Shown here: one piece after another, positions 20,490-32,841 of the stretch | How the letters are laid out: each line of letters opens with the position of its first letter | Numbering within the stretch: the first letter of the stretch is position 1 | Assembly: GCA_965219485.1 (NCBI GenBank) | Contig: OZ244774.1 | Span: 503,093-567,092 of the forward strand | Origin: Parvibaculaceae bacterium | Lineage (GTDB): Bacteria; Pseudomonadota; Alphaproteobacteria; RS24 | Reading direction: 5' to 3' | DNA: 64,000 nt | Program-made: the position numbers and the translations under genes | Notes under the pieces: generated by a model | Databases searched by the model: none | The model's input: only the letters and a program-made list of their open reading frames with translations | Told to the model about the DNA's origin: nothing

Positions 20490-21763
20490 ATCGACCCCTG
20501 AACATCGCTCAATTCGACCGGCGCACCTCTATGCCGTTGCGTCGTGGGGTCATTGCGGCTCTCGATGTAGGCACGGCCAAGGTCGCCTGCCTGATTGGCG
20601 AGCATAGCGTTGATGGTTCAGGGCAAAGTGGTTTGGTAAGAATTTCAGGTCTTGGCCATCACGTTTCAGAAGGCGTGGTCGCTGGGCAAGTGGTGGATAT
20701 GCGGGCGGCGGAAGACAGTATCCGGGCTGCCGTACATGCCGCCGAACGCATGGCCGGCTTGGAAGTGCGCGATGTGGTTATCGGCGTATCGTCCGGTCTA
20801 TTGACCAGCCGAATGGTAGAAGCCGATGTGCCTTTGCTTGGGCAAAAAGTGACGCAAGAACATATGGCCATGGCCTTGCGCGGGGCGCATGAAGACTTTT
20901 GGTCGGCCGATACGGAAATTCTTCATGCCATCCCTGTTGGCTACGGCATTGACGATCATTACGGCATCGTCGACCCGCGCGGCATGCAGGGCGAGAAGTT
21001 GAAAGTCACTATGCACATGGTGGCGATACCTGCGGGCCCCGCTCGTAATTTGCTAACTTGCATCGAGCAGTGCCATTTGAGATGTGAAAAATTAGTGGTG
21101 ACGCCTTATGCCAGCGCGCTGTCTACCCTGATGCAAGATGAGATTGATTTGGGTGTGCTGCACCTAGATATGGGCGCAGGAACCACAAGTGCCAGCGTGT
21201 TTCACCAAGGGGATGTCATATTTACTTGTGTTGTGCCCGTTGGTGGGCGCCATATCACAACCGATATTGCGCAAGGTCTAAATGTTTCCATGACCACGGC
21301 AGAACGCATCAAAACGCTTTACGGCAGTGCTTTGGCCACCCCAAGCGGTGAGCGCGAGCAGTTTGAGGTGCCGGTTATGGGCGGCGACCACCAAACGCTT
21401 CCGCGCAGTGAGCTGACCAAGATTATTCGCCCGCGCTTAGAGGAAACCTTTGAGATGATTCAAACCAAGTTAACCCAAAGCGGCTTTGCCAATATGGCAG
21501 GCGGACGCGTGGTGTTGACGGGGGGCGCTGCGCAGCTTAACGGCGCGCGCGAACTGGCGCATACTATTTTAGAAAAACAGGCACGATTGGGATCTCCCAT
21601 GCGCCTGACAGGCCTGCCCGAAAGTGCAACAGGGCCTGCGTTTTCTGCCTGTGCGGGTCTGTTGACCTATGCCGGGCGCAATCATGCCGATGCTGTGCTG
21701 AAGGAAGGGCGTGCTGCTGGCGCGTTCGGCTGGCTCGGAAACTGGCTACGGAGGAATTTCTAA
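20486..21763 (+). CDS. ftsA: Cell division protein FtsA
   Basis: Actin-fold motifs (ALDVGTAKV, HLDMGAGTTS, VLTGGAAQL). GTGA start/stop overlap with ftsQ. Confidence 0.95.
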   Translation: MNRPLNIAQFDRRTSMPLRRGVIAALDVGTAKVACLIGEHSVDGSGQSGLVRISGLGHHVSEGVVAGQVVDMRAAEDSIRAAVHAAERMAGLEVRDVVIGVSSGLLTSRMVEADVPLLGQKVTQEHMAMALRGAHEDFWSADTEILHAIPVGYGIDDHYGIVDPRGMQGEKLKVTMHMVAIPAGPARNLLTCIEQCHLRCEKLVVTPYASALSTLMQDEIDLGVLHLDMGAGTTSASVFHQGDVIFTCVVPVGGRHITTDIAQGLNVSMTTAERIKTLYGSALATPSGEREQFEVPVMGGDHQTLPRSELTKIIRPRLEETFEMIQTKLTQSGFANMAGGRVVLTGGAAQLNGARELAHTILEKQARLGSPMRLTGLPESATGPAFSACAGLLTYAGRNHADAVLKEGRAAGAFGWLGNWLRRNF

Positions 21764-21937
21764 TGTCCCAAGCCGTGAAGGTAGGTCCGATGAGAGAGCA
21801 AACCCATTTAACGCCGGCGGTAGACGCCAAATTTTACCCATCTGAAGGCTTTAAGGCCGTGGATGAAAATCGAGTTTTGACCATTCAGAACCCAAACCAG
21901 ATCTCGCCAAATTCGGCGAGTAACTAAGGAGAAAGTC

Positions 21938-23713
21938 ATGAGTATTCAATTAACCGTTCCACCGAAACGTGAACTCAAGCCACGCATTGTTGTGTTTGGC
22001 GTTGGCGGCGCAGGCGGCAATGCTGTCAATAATATGGTCGCTGCGGGTCTGGAGGGCGTCGACTTTGTTGTCGCCAATACAGACGCACAAGCGCTAACCA
22101 ATTCTAGTGCAGATCGACGCATCCAAATCGGTTCGAAAATCACCGAAGGTCTTGGCGCAGGCTCCAACCCAGAAGTGGGCAAAGCCGCCGCGGAAGAAAC
22201 CATGGCCGAGATTGTGGATATGTTGCAAGGTTCGCACATGGCTTTTGTCACCGCTGGTATGGGCGGCGGCACGGGCACAGGCGCTGCACCGGTTATTGCC
22301 CGCGCGGCGCGCGAACAAGGCATTTTGACAGTTGGCGTGGTTACCACACCGTTTGATTTCGAAGGCGGTCGGCGCATGCGCTCGGCCAAGGCAGGCATCG
22401 AAGCGCTGGCCAAAGAAGTCGATACGTTGATTATCATTCCGAACCAAAACTTGTTCCGCATTGCCAATGCTCAGACAACTTTTGCTGAAGCGTTTGCGAT
22501 GGCCGATGAAGTGCTTCATTCGGGCGTGGCGGGGATCACCGATTTGATGATCAAGCCAGGTCTTATCAACCTCGATTTCGCGGATGTTCGTACCGTTATG
22601 AACGAGATGGGCAAAGCGATGATGGGCACAGGCGAAGCCGAAGGCGACAAACGTGCCGTGGAAGCTGCCGAAGCCGCCATTGCCAACCCATTGCTCGACG
22701 ATGTGTCGATGCAAGGCGCGCGCGGGGTGCTGATTAACATCACCGGCGGCAATGACATGACGCTTTATGAGCTGGACGAAGCGGCCAGCCGCATCAAGCA
22801 AGAAGTCGACCCAGAAGCCAATATCATCATCGGCTCGACCTTCGATGAAGCCTTGAACGGCATGATGCGGGTTTCGGTTGTGGCAACAGGTATTGACGCG
22901 GAAGCGGCTAAATTGACGGCCTTGGATGGCGGTCGGATTATCCAAATGACGCCAAATGAAGCTGCCCCCGCTGCCCCCACTGCCTCCACTGCAGAAGCAG
23001 CGCCTGCGCCAAATCTGGATTCAGCGGCCCCGATGGAGGCGCCAGCGCCAGCTAAAGCAGATACAGATTTGCCTAGCTTTCTGGCCGGAGAGCGGGCTGA
23101 AGTGCCATCTCACCAGCCTATTTCAAAACGCAAACGCTCGTTCATTGACCGCGTGTTTGGCGCTAAAAAAGATACGACGTCGGCACAAACCATGCCTGCG
23201 CCACGTATTGCAGTCGAGGCGCAAGCTCACGACGAAGCCTCGGTTCAGCAAATGCCAATCAGCGATGCGCCTGCAGCTCCGCTGGAAGTTACGGAAGCGC
23301 CTGCACCAGTCGAAATGCCAACTGGAATGCCAGTTGGAACGCCAGAGCGGACCCCTATGGCTCAACCAGCTGCGTTTCAAAACGAGCTGGATGGGGCGCC
23401 AGAAGTCCCAGCCACAGCAGCTGAGATTAAGGCTCCAGAACCTGTGATGGAGACCAAAGCAGAAGAAGTGGCACAAGCGCCAACTCTGGATTTGGGTGCC
23501 AAGGATAACAGCTCGCAAGCCGAAGTGGCACCCGTTACGCCTAAGGCAGAAGTTGCCGTTAAGGTAGAGGCCGCACCTATGGTCTCAGCACCTAGCGCCG
23601 ATGCGGTAAGCTCGGAGCCAATTGTCCAGACCAGCATGCAAACAGGGCCAACCATGTCGGCCTCGTCGTTTGACACGGATCAGCTAGATATTCCGGCTTT
23701 CTTGCGCCGCTAA
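21938..23713 (+). CDS. ftsZ: Cell division GTPase FtsZ (long disordered linker)
   Basis: [11 protein letters not shown], the tubulin signature [11 protein letters not shown] and NLDFADV. A ~250-aa Pro/Ala/Glu-rich linker precedes the conserved C-terminal peptide [19 protein letters not shown] lies 6-7 nt upstream. Confidence 0.97.
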   Translation: MSIQLTVPPKRELKPRIVVFGVGGAGGNAVNNMVAAGLEGVDFVVANTDAQALTNSSADRRIQIGSKITEGLGAGSNPEVGKAAAEETMAEIVDMLQGSHMAFVTAGMGGGTGTGAAPVIARAAREQGILTVGVVTTPFDFEGGRRMRSAKAGIEALAKEVDTLIIIPNQNLFRIANAQTTFAEAFAMADEVLHSGVAGITDLMIKPGLINLDFADVRTVMNEMGKAMMGTGEAEGDKRAVEAAEAAIANPLLDDVSMQGARGVLINITGGNDMTLYELDEAASRIKQEVDPEANIIIGSTFDEALNGMMRVSVVATGIDAEAAKLTALDGGRIIQMTPNEAAPAAPTASTAEAAPAPNLDSAAPMEAPAPAKADTDLPSFLAGERAEVPSHQPISKRKRSFIDRVFGAKKDTTSAQTMPAPRIAVEAQAHDEASVQQMPISDAPAAPLEVTEAPAPVEMPTGMPVGTPERTPMAQPAAFQNELDGAPEVPATAAEIKAPEPVMETKAEEVAQAPTLDLGAKDNSSQAEVAPVTPKAEVAVKVEAAPMVSAPSADAVSSEPIVQTSMQTGPTMSASSFDTDQLDIPAFLRR

Positions 23714-23740
23714 CCTGTAGCTTGGTTTTAAGATTAGGAA

Positions 23741-23770
23741 ACGGCTCGGGGCAACCCGGGCCGTTTTCTT
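23741..23770 (+). terminator. Rho-independent terminator after ftsZ
   Basis: Hairpin ACGGCTCGGGG-CAA-CCCGGGCCGT is followed by TTTTCTT, 28 nt after the ftsZ stop. Confidence 0.6.
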
Positions 23771-23818
23771 ATGGCGCAAGCTTATCCCCTAAGGTGCCAA
23801 GGCGCGTATACTGGAGGA

Positions 23819-24274
23819 ATGCTGCTATCGCCCCATTTCAGTTTGCGCGAATTAACGCAATCGCAAACCGCCGCTCGCCTCGGAATTATAAACCAGCCGG
23901 GCCCAAAAGAGCTGGAGGCTCTCAAACTCGTATGCACGCAAATACTGGAGCCCGTAAGAGCACAGTTTCATGTGCCGATATTTCCCTCTAGCGGATATCG
24001 CTGTCCCGCACTCAACGCAGCCATTGGGGGCAGTGCCAAAAGCCAGCACTGCCAGGGAGCGGCTGTCGATTTTGAGGTGGCTGGCCTGAGCCCGCGAAGT
24101 CTGGTGCTTTGGATACAGTCAAATCTCACTTATGACCAACTTATTTTGGAGTTTCCACTGCCCAAGGACGTGAACGCCGGTTGGGTGCATGTGTCGCGTG
24201 TAAAGGGCGCTAATCGCAGGCAGAGCCTCACAAAAACGCGAAGTGGCATTTCTAGCGGATTTCCGGCGTTCTAA
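23819..24274 (+). CDS. Peptidase M15 / LAS-family D-Ala-D-Ala carboxypeptidase-like (phage-endolysin-like) metallohydrolase
   Basis: SPHFSLRELT at the N-terminus, SGYRCPALNAAIGG, SQHCQGAAVD (H-x6-D zinc motif) and a distal GWVHVS His. The start is set at ATG 23819, preceded by GGAGGA. The track start at 23771 would abut the ftsZ terminator. No signal peptide is visible. Confidence 0.75.
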   Translation: MLLSPHFSLRELTQSQTAARLGIINQPGPKELEALKLVCTQILEPVRAQFHVPIFPSSGYRCPALNAAIGGSAKSQHCQGAAVDFEVAGLSPRSLVLWIQSNLTYDQLILEFPLPKDVNAGWVHVSRVKGANRRQSLTKTRSGISSGFPAF

Positions 24275-24412
24275 CTATGTTCTAATGATGTTTCAAAAAG
24301 TTACAGCGGTGTAACAAAAGGCAATAATCTGTTAATTGAGGTGCATCGGGGGGATAGGTAGAAAACACTCATAGAAGTCTCATCTATTTGAGACATGAAT
24401 GAGGAAACCCTG

Positions 24413-25390
24413 ATGGTTGCACCCGCTAGCATAGCAGAGATGAACGCACAATTTAGTGCCGTGTCTCATGCTGCCTTGCCAGCTGCGGCGCGCATGGGGG
24501 TTTGGCAGACCACGTTGAAAGCCGACGCGAGCCTAACGGGTATTGGTCTTCATTCTGGAAAAACAGTTACCTTGCGGGTGCGCCCTGCGGCAGCCGATAC
24601 AGGCATTGTTTTTATTCGCACCGATATTGAGACGCCAGAAGAAGCGATTATTCCGGCTCTTTGCGCCAGTGTTTGTGAAGTAACTTTATCTTCTAAAATC
24701 GGTAACCGCTTCGGCCACGTTGTTGGCACGGTAGAGCACCTGATGGCCGCTTTGGCTGGCTTGCGGGTAGATAACGCCATCATCGAGATTGACGCTCCTG
24801 AAGTGCCTATCATGGACGGCAGCGCAAAACCTTTCGTCGCTATGATCCAAGACGCTGGATTGCGCGAGCTTGGCGTATCGCGCCGTGTGGTTCGCATCAA
24901 AAAGCGCGTGCGCGTTGGCAATGGCGACAGCTATTGCGAATTGGTGCCAGACGATGAAAGCGTGTTTGAAGCCGAGATTGATTTTGAAAGCGGCGCGATT
25001 GGCCGTCAGTCCTATGCGCTTAAGCTGGACGATGGAAACTTCGACACCGATGTTGTTAGTGCTCGGACTTTCTGCATGTTGCAGCAAGTCGAGGCCATGC
25101 ATAAAGCTGGCTTGGCGCTCGGCGGTTCGGTCGAAAATGCGATTGTTGTCGATGGCGACACAGTGATGAACGAAGAAGGCTTGCGCTCTGAGCGTGAGTT
25201 TGTTCAGCACAAGCTGTTGGATGCGATCGGCGATTTATATCTCATGGGTCTGCACCTTGTTGGCCGCTATCGTGGCTATAAATCTGGCCACGCGCTGCAC
25301 AATGACTTGCTGAACGCTTTGTTCCAAGAGGCCGATGCCTTTGAGTTGGTTAATTTGGCCGATGGCGAAACCATTCTAGCGGCTGAATAG
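24413..25390 (+). CDS. lpxC: UDP-3-O-acyl-N-acetylglucosamine deacetylase
   Basis: QTTLK...GIGLHSGK, GTVEHLMAAL, EVPIMDGSA and HKLLDAIGDLYL motifs. The start is uncertain: ATG 24413 has GAGGAA 8 nt upstream, 24395 is the track start, and 24494 would give a canonical ~298-aa LpxC. Confidence 0.9.
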   Translation: MVAPASIAEMNAQFSAVSHAALPAAARMGVWQTTLKADASLTGIGLHSGKTVTLRVRPAAADTGIVFIRTDIETPEEAIIPALCASVCEVTLSSKIGNRFGHVVGTVEHLMAALAGLRVDNAIIEIDAPEVPIMDGSAKPFVAMIQDAGLRELGVSRRVVRIKKRVRVGNGDSYCELVPDDESVFEAEIDFESGAIGRQSYALKLDDGNFDTDVVSARTFCMLQQVEAMHKAGLALGGSVENAIVVDGDTVMNEEGLRSEREFVQHKLLDAIGDLYLMGLHLVGRYRGYKSGHALHNDLLNALFQEADAFELVNLADGETILAAE

Positions 25391-25488
25391 CAGCTTTTTT
25401 CCTTTAATTTTAAACTGATTTAGCGCTTTGACGCTGGCTTGTGCCTGCGCAATGCAGTAAATATAGAGCTCAACTTGGGAATCGCTAA

Positions 25489-26301
25489 ATGCGCTTAATA
25501 CATATATTTGCTGTGGCTTTGGTCGCTACCACTCTGTCCGCTTGTGGCGGGGTAAAAAACATCGAAGCCCTATATGTCGAACGCCCGGTAGAGGTGATCT
25601 ATAATAATGCCCATGCAGAGCTCGCGCGTGGCAATTACATTCTCGCGACCCAAGAGTTCGATGAAGTAGAACGCCAGCACCCGTATTCTTTATGGGCTCG
25701 CCGCGCTTTGGTGATGTCGGCTTATACGTATTATTTGCAAAACAAATATGACGAATCCATTGGCACAGCACAGCGGTTTCTTGCCCTTTACCCGGGCAAT
25801 GACCAAGCGCCTTATGCCTATTATCTCATGGCTATGTGCCAATACGAACGCATTTCAGACATTAAGCTAGACCAACGCACAACCGAGTTGGCGCAATATG
25901 CTTTAGGGGAAGTTATTCGCCGCTATCCTGAAACAGACTACGCAAGGGATGCGGTTTTGAAAATTGACCTCACCAACGATAACTTGGCGGGTAAAGAAAT
26001 GGATGTCGGTCGGTTTTATCAAAACCGGGGTGATTATATTGCCGCCGCTTCGCGTTTTCGTAGAGTGATTGAAAACTTCAGCCGTACCAGTCATGTGCCA
26101 GAGGCTTTGCACCGGATAACCGAGACCTTTTTGCTCTTGGGCGTGCCCAATGAAGCGCAAAATGCGGCGGCTGTCTTGGGCTATAACTATCCTGACAGCC
26201 CATGGTATAAATACAGCTATCGTATTTTGCGACAGCGAGACTTAGAGCCAGTTAAGGACGAGACCTCCTGGATTAGTCGAGCCCTAAGCGCCGTATTTTA
26301 G
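25489..26301 (+). CDS. bamD: Outer membrane protein assembly factor BamD (YfiO/ComL lipoprotein)
   Basis: Lipobox LSAC|GG and TPR-like repeats (AQRFLALYPGNDQAPYAYYLMAMCQY, VIRRYPETDYARDA). Confidence 0.9.
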   Translation: MRLIHIFAVALVATTLSACGGVKNIEALYVERPVEVIYNNAHAELARGNYILATQEFDEVERQHPYSLWARRALVMSAYTYYLQNKYDESIGTAQRFLALYPGNDQAPYAYYLMAMCQYERISDIKLDQRTTELAQYALGEVIRRYPETDYARDAVLKIDLTNDNLAGKEMDVGRFYQNRGDYIAAASRFRRVIENFSRTSHVPEALHRITETFLLLGVPNEAQNAAAVLGYNYPDSPWYKYSYRILRQRDLEPVKDETSWISRALSAVF

Positions 26302-26310
26302 GGTGCGAGC

Positions 26311-30098
<3,788 letters not shown>

Positions 30099-30135
30099 AT
30101 AGGGCGTGGCGTATGCCAGGCCTTAGATAAAACCT

Positions 30136-31968
30136 CTAAAGCGGTTTGCAATTAGCCTTCAGCCAGCTTTGCGTGGCCTTATCGACTTTCGGCAAAAGGG
30201 TTTTCTGAACCCGCGCATGATAAGCATTCAGCCAGCTTATTTCATGGTGGCTCAGCATGGACTTATCGATCAGGCGTCGGTCGATAGGCGCCAGCGTCAG
30301 GGTTTCAAACTCCAGCATATCGCGGCTGCCCTTGGCCGTCTTGGCGGGGCGCACATATTGTAGGTTTTCAATCCGAATACCGAATTTGCCGGCCGCATAA
30401 TACCCCGGCTCATTGGAGACAATCATACCGTCTTGCAGCGGCACGAGACCCCCTTTGGAAATTCGCTGTGGCCCTTCATGCACCGACAAATAACTGCCGA
30501 CACCATGGCCTGTGCCATGATCAAAATCTTGCCCCACTTCCCAAAGCGGCGCGCGCGCCAGCGTGTCGAGCTGCATACCATTGGTGCCATGAGGAAAACG
30601 CACAGCGGCCAAAGCAATATGGCCGCGCAATACCCGGGTAAAGGCTTCTATGGCGCCTTTGGGCGGGCTTATTTTGCCGCCTTTGCCGCTGATGGGTGTG
30701 TCAATCAACACGGTGCGGGTGACATCCGTTGTGCCTTTTTGATATTGCCCGCCGCTGTCGATCAAAAACAAATCACCTGGTTTCAAAATCCGATTGGTTT
30801 TCTCGGTCACGCGGTAATGCACAATGGCGCCATGGGGCCCAGCTCCGGCGATAGTGTCAAAACTCAAGTCCAGCAATTTCCCCGTTGCCGCACGACAAGC
30901 TTCGGCATGTTTGGCCGCGTCTATTTCGCTCAACTTGCCGGAGCGGCTATTTTTATCCAGCCACGCTAAAAAATTGCACAAGGCCACGCCATCGGTCACA
31001 TGGGCTTGGGTTGTGGCTTTAATTTCCGCCTTGGTTTTATTGGCCTTGGGCAGGGCGCATGGGTCTGCGATGCGCTGAATATTGGCGTCCACCAATTGCG
31101 CACCAAACCAAGCTGAGGTGCTATTGGGGTCATAGGCGATGGTTTCGGTTTTTATGGCTTGCAAGGTTTTCGCCAAACTGTCGGGCGCGGCCAAACGTAG
31201 CCCCTTGCCAATATGCAGGCGCACGCTTTGGCTAACCCGCGCGCGGTCGATAAACCAATCGAAGCTGGCGTTCTTATTTAAAATACCAAACGACAAAGCA
31301 AACGGCGTATGCGGCACATCAGTGGCGCGGCAATTGAGCAGCCATGCGAGGTTTTCTGGCTGCGCGATGAGCAGTCTATCTTGGCCAGCCGCTTTCATGT
31401 TTTGCGCTAGGGCTTGGCGCTTTTCTAGCGAGGTTAATCCCGCCAAAGCGTTAGGATGCGCCGTTACGGGTGTTTTGGGCGAAGCCGGGCGATCGTGCCA
31501 AATGGCATCGAGAGGATTGCTATCGACGAAAACCAATCTCGCGCCCTTGGCAGCCAATCGGTCGCGATAGGTCTGCACCGCCGCTTCGCTATGCAATTTC
31601 GGGTCAATGCCAATGTCAAAACCCGGCTTGGCTTGCGCCGCCACCCAATGGCTCGGCGGGGTTTGCATCACGTTGATAATCTCAAAACGCTTGCTATCGA
31701 CTTGTTGGGGCGCTTGTAAAATATAGCGGCCATCGACAAATATGGCCGCCTTTCGTGCCAGCACCACGGCTGTGCCCGCCGAGCCGCCAAAGCCGGTTAG
31801 ATATTTTAACCGCTCATTGCCTTCTGGCACATATTCGCCTTGAAACTCGTCTTCACGCGGCACAATAAACCCGTCGAGTTTGCGTGCGGTTAACTGCGCG
31901 CGCAAATCTCTCAGCGTTTGGGGGCTTCCGCCAAAATCATCATCCTTAAAACTTTGAAACATGCTCAC
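30136..31968 (-). CDS. M24-family Xaa-Pro aminopeptidase (aminopeptidase P-like, ~610 aa)
   Basis: Creatinase/prolidase N-domains plus an M24B catalytic core (DSGGQY, DVTRT, HGTGHGVG, SNEPGYY, RIEN). Confidence 0.88.
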   Translation of the reverse strand: MSMFQSFKDDDFGGSPQTLRDLRAQLTARKLDGFIVPREDEFQGEYVPEGNERLKYLTGFGGSAGTAVVLARKAAIFVDGRYILQAPQQVDSKRFEIINVMQTPPSHWVAAQAKPGFDIGIDPKLHSEAAVQTYRDRLAAKGARLVFVDSNPLDAIWHDRPASPKTPVTAHPNALAGLTSLEKRQALAQNMKAAGQDRLLIAQPENLAWLLNCRATDVPHTPFALSFGILNKNASFDWFIDRARVSQSVRLHIGKGLRLAAPDSLAKTLQAIKTETIAYDPNSTSAWFGAQLVDANIQRIADPCALPKANKTKAEIKATTQAHVTDGVALCNFLAWLDKNSRSGKLSEIDAAKHAEACRAATGKLLDLSFDTIAGAGPHGAIVHYRVTEKTNRILKPGDLFLIDSGGQYQKGTTDVTRTVLIDTPISGKGGKISPPKGAIEAFTRVLRGHIALAAVRFPHGTNGMQLDTLARAPLWEVGQDFDHGTGHGVGSYLSVHEGPQRISKGGLVPLQDGMIVSNEPGYYAAGKFGIRIENLQYVRPAKTAKGSRDMLEFETLTLAPIDRRLIDKSMLSHHEISWLNAYHARVQKTLLPKVDKATQSWLKANCKPL

Positions 31969-31971
31969 ACT

Positions 31972-32832
31972 CTAACGCTTCAGGCACAGGCTCGTCCATG
32001 CACCAATTATTTTTTGCTGCTCGACCCGAAAGCCTGCAGCCCGATAGCGGGCTTTGACGCGCCGCGCTTGTTCGTTCAGCAATCCCGATAGGATAACGCG
32101 ACCTGTAGCGCTAACATGCGCCTCGAAATCGGCGGCCAAATGCACTAAGGGTCCGGCCATAATATTGGCAAAAATCACGTCAAAGCGGCGCCCCCGATAG
32201 GCTTCATGCTGCATGCCCAAGGCGGTAAAGGCCTTAATTTGGCTGCCAACAGCATTGCGCGCCATATTGGTTTGGGTCACTTGCACGGCCACGGGGTCAT
32301 TGTCGCTCGCGAGAATACCATCTGCCGAGCCTCGTAATTTGGCGGCCGCGATGGCCAGCGTGCCCGAGCCGCAGCCGACATCAGCAATGGTTTCGGGGGT
32401 GTAGCGTTTCAGCAGGTCGACGAATAAGTGCAAACAGCCTTGGGTGGTGCCATGGTGGCCGGAGCCAAAGGCTTGTCCTGCCTGCATCTCGACATTGCGC
32501 CAACTGCCCGCGCGCGGCAGGTCGTGGCTGCCATGTAAATATAAAGGCGCGATGGCAATAGGCGGCAGGTTTTGTTGGTTTTGCGACACCCAATCGCGCT
32601 CCGGCACAGGCTCTAAGGTGGCCACGGCATCTTCGGGTAATTGCAAAAGCGTGAGGTCTGGTTTGTCTTCGAAATAAACCCCGAAACGCCAATCACCCTC
32701 AATGTCATGTTGGGTTTCTAACGGATTATCTATTTTCTCAGATGCCCAAGTGGTCGCGCCAAATAGCTCAAGAGCCGCTTCGGCTTGCAGCATATGGGCG
32801 GTAATAAAATCAAGTTTCCAAACGGGGCTCAT
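31972..32832 (-). CDS. prmA: Ribosomal protein L11 methyltransferase
   Basis: FGSGHHGTTQGCL and the SAM motif DVGCGSGTLAIAAAK. It lies 3 nt upstream of the aminopeptidase gene on the same strand. Confidence 0.85.
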   Translation of the reverse strand: MSPVWKLDFITAHMLQAEAALELFGATTWASEKIDNPLETQHDIEGDWRFGVYFEDKPDLTLLQLPEDAVATLEPVPERDWVSQNQQNLPPIAIAPLYLHGSHDLPRAGSWRNVEMQAGQAFGSGHHGTTQGCLHLFVDLLKRYTPETIADVGCGSGTLAIAAAKLRGSADGILASDNDPVAVQVTQTNMARNAVGSQIKAFTALGMQHEAYRGRRFDVIFANIMAGPLVHLAADFEAHVSATGRVILSGLLNEQARRVKARYRAAGFRVEQQKIIGAWTSLCLKR

Positions 32833-32841
32833 CGGGTAGCG

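Noticed and set aside
22900-23640. Long Pro/Ala/Glu-rich region in ftsZ that might look like a fused or foreign segment
   Set aside because: The reading frame is continuous and ends with the conserved FtsA/ZipA-binding peptide DIPAFLRR. Long disordered linkers are normal for alphaproteobacterial FtsZ.
30099-30135. Possible bidirectional terminator between convergent ligA and the aminopeptidase gene (TGGC-GTAT-GCCA)
   Set aside because: The stem is only 4 bp and there is no T-run on either strand. It is too weak to annotate.
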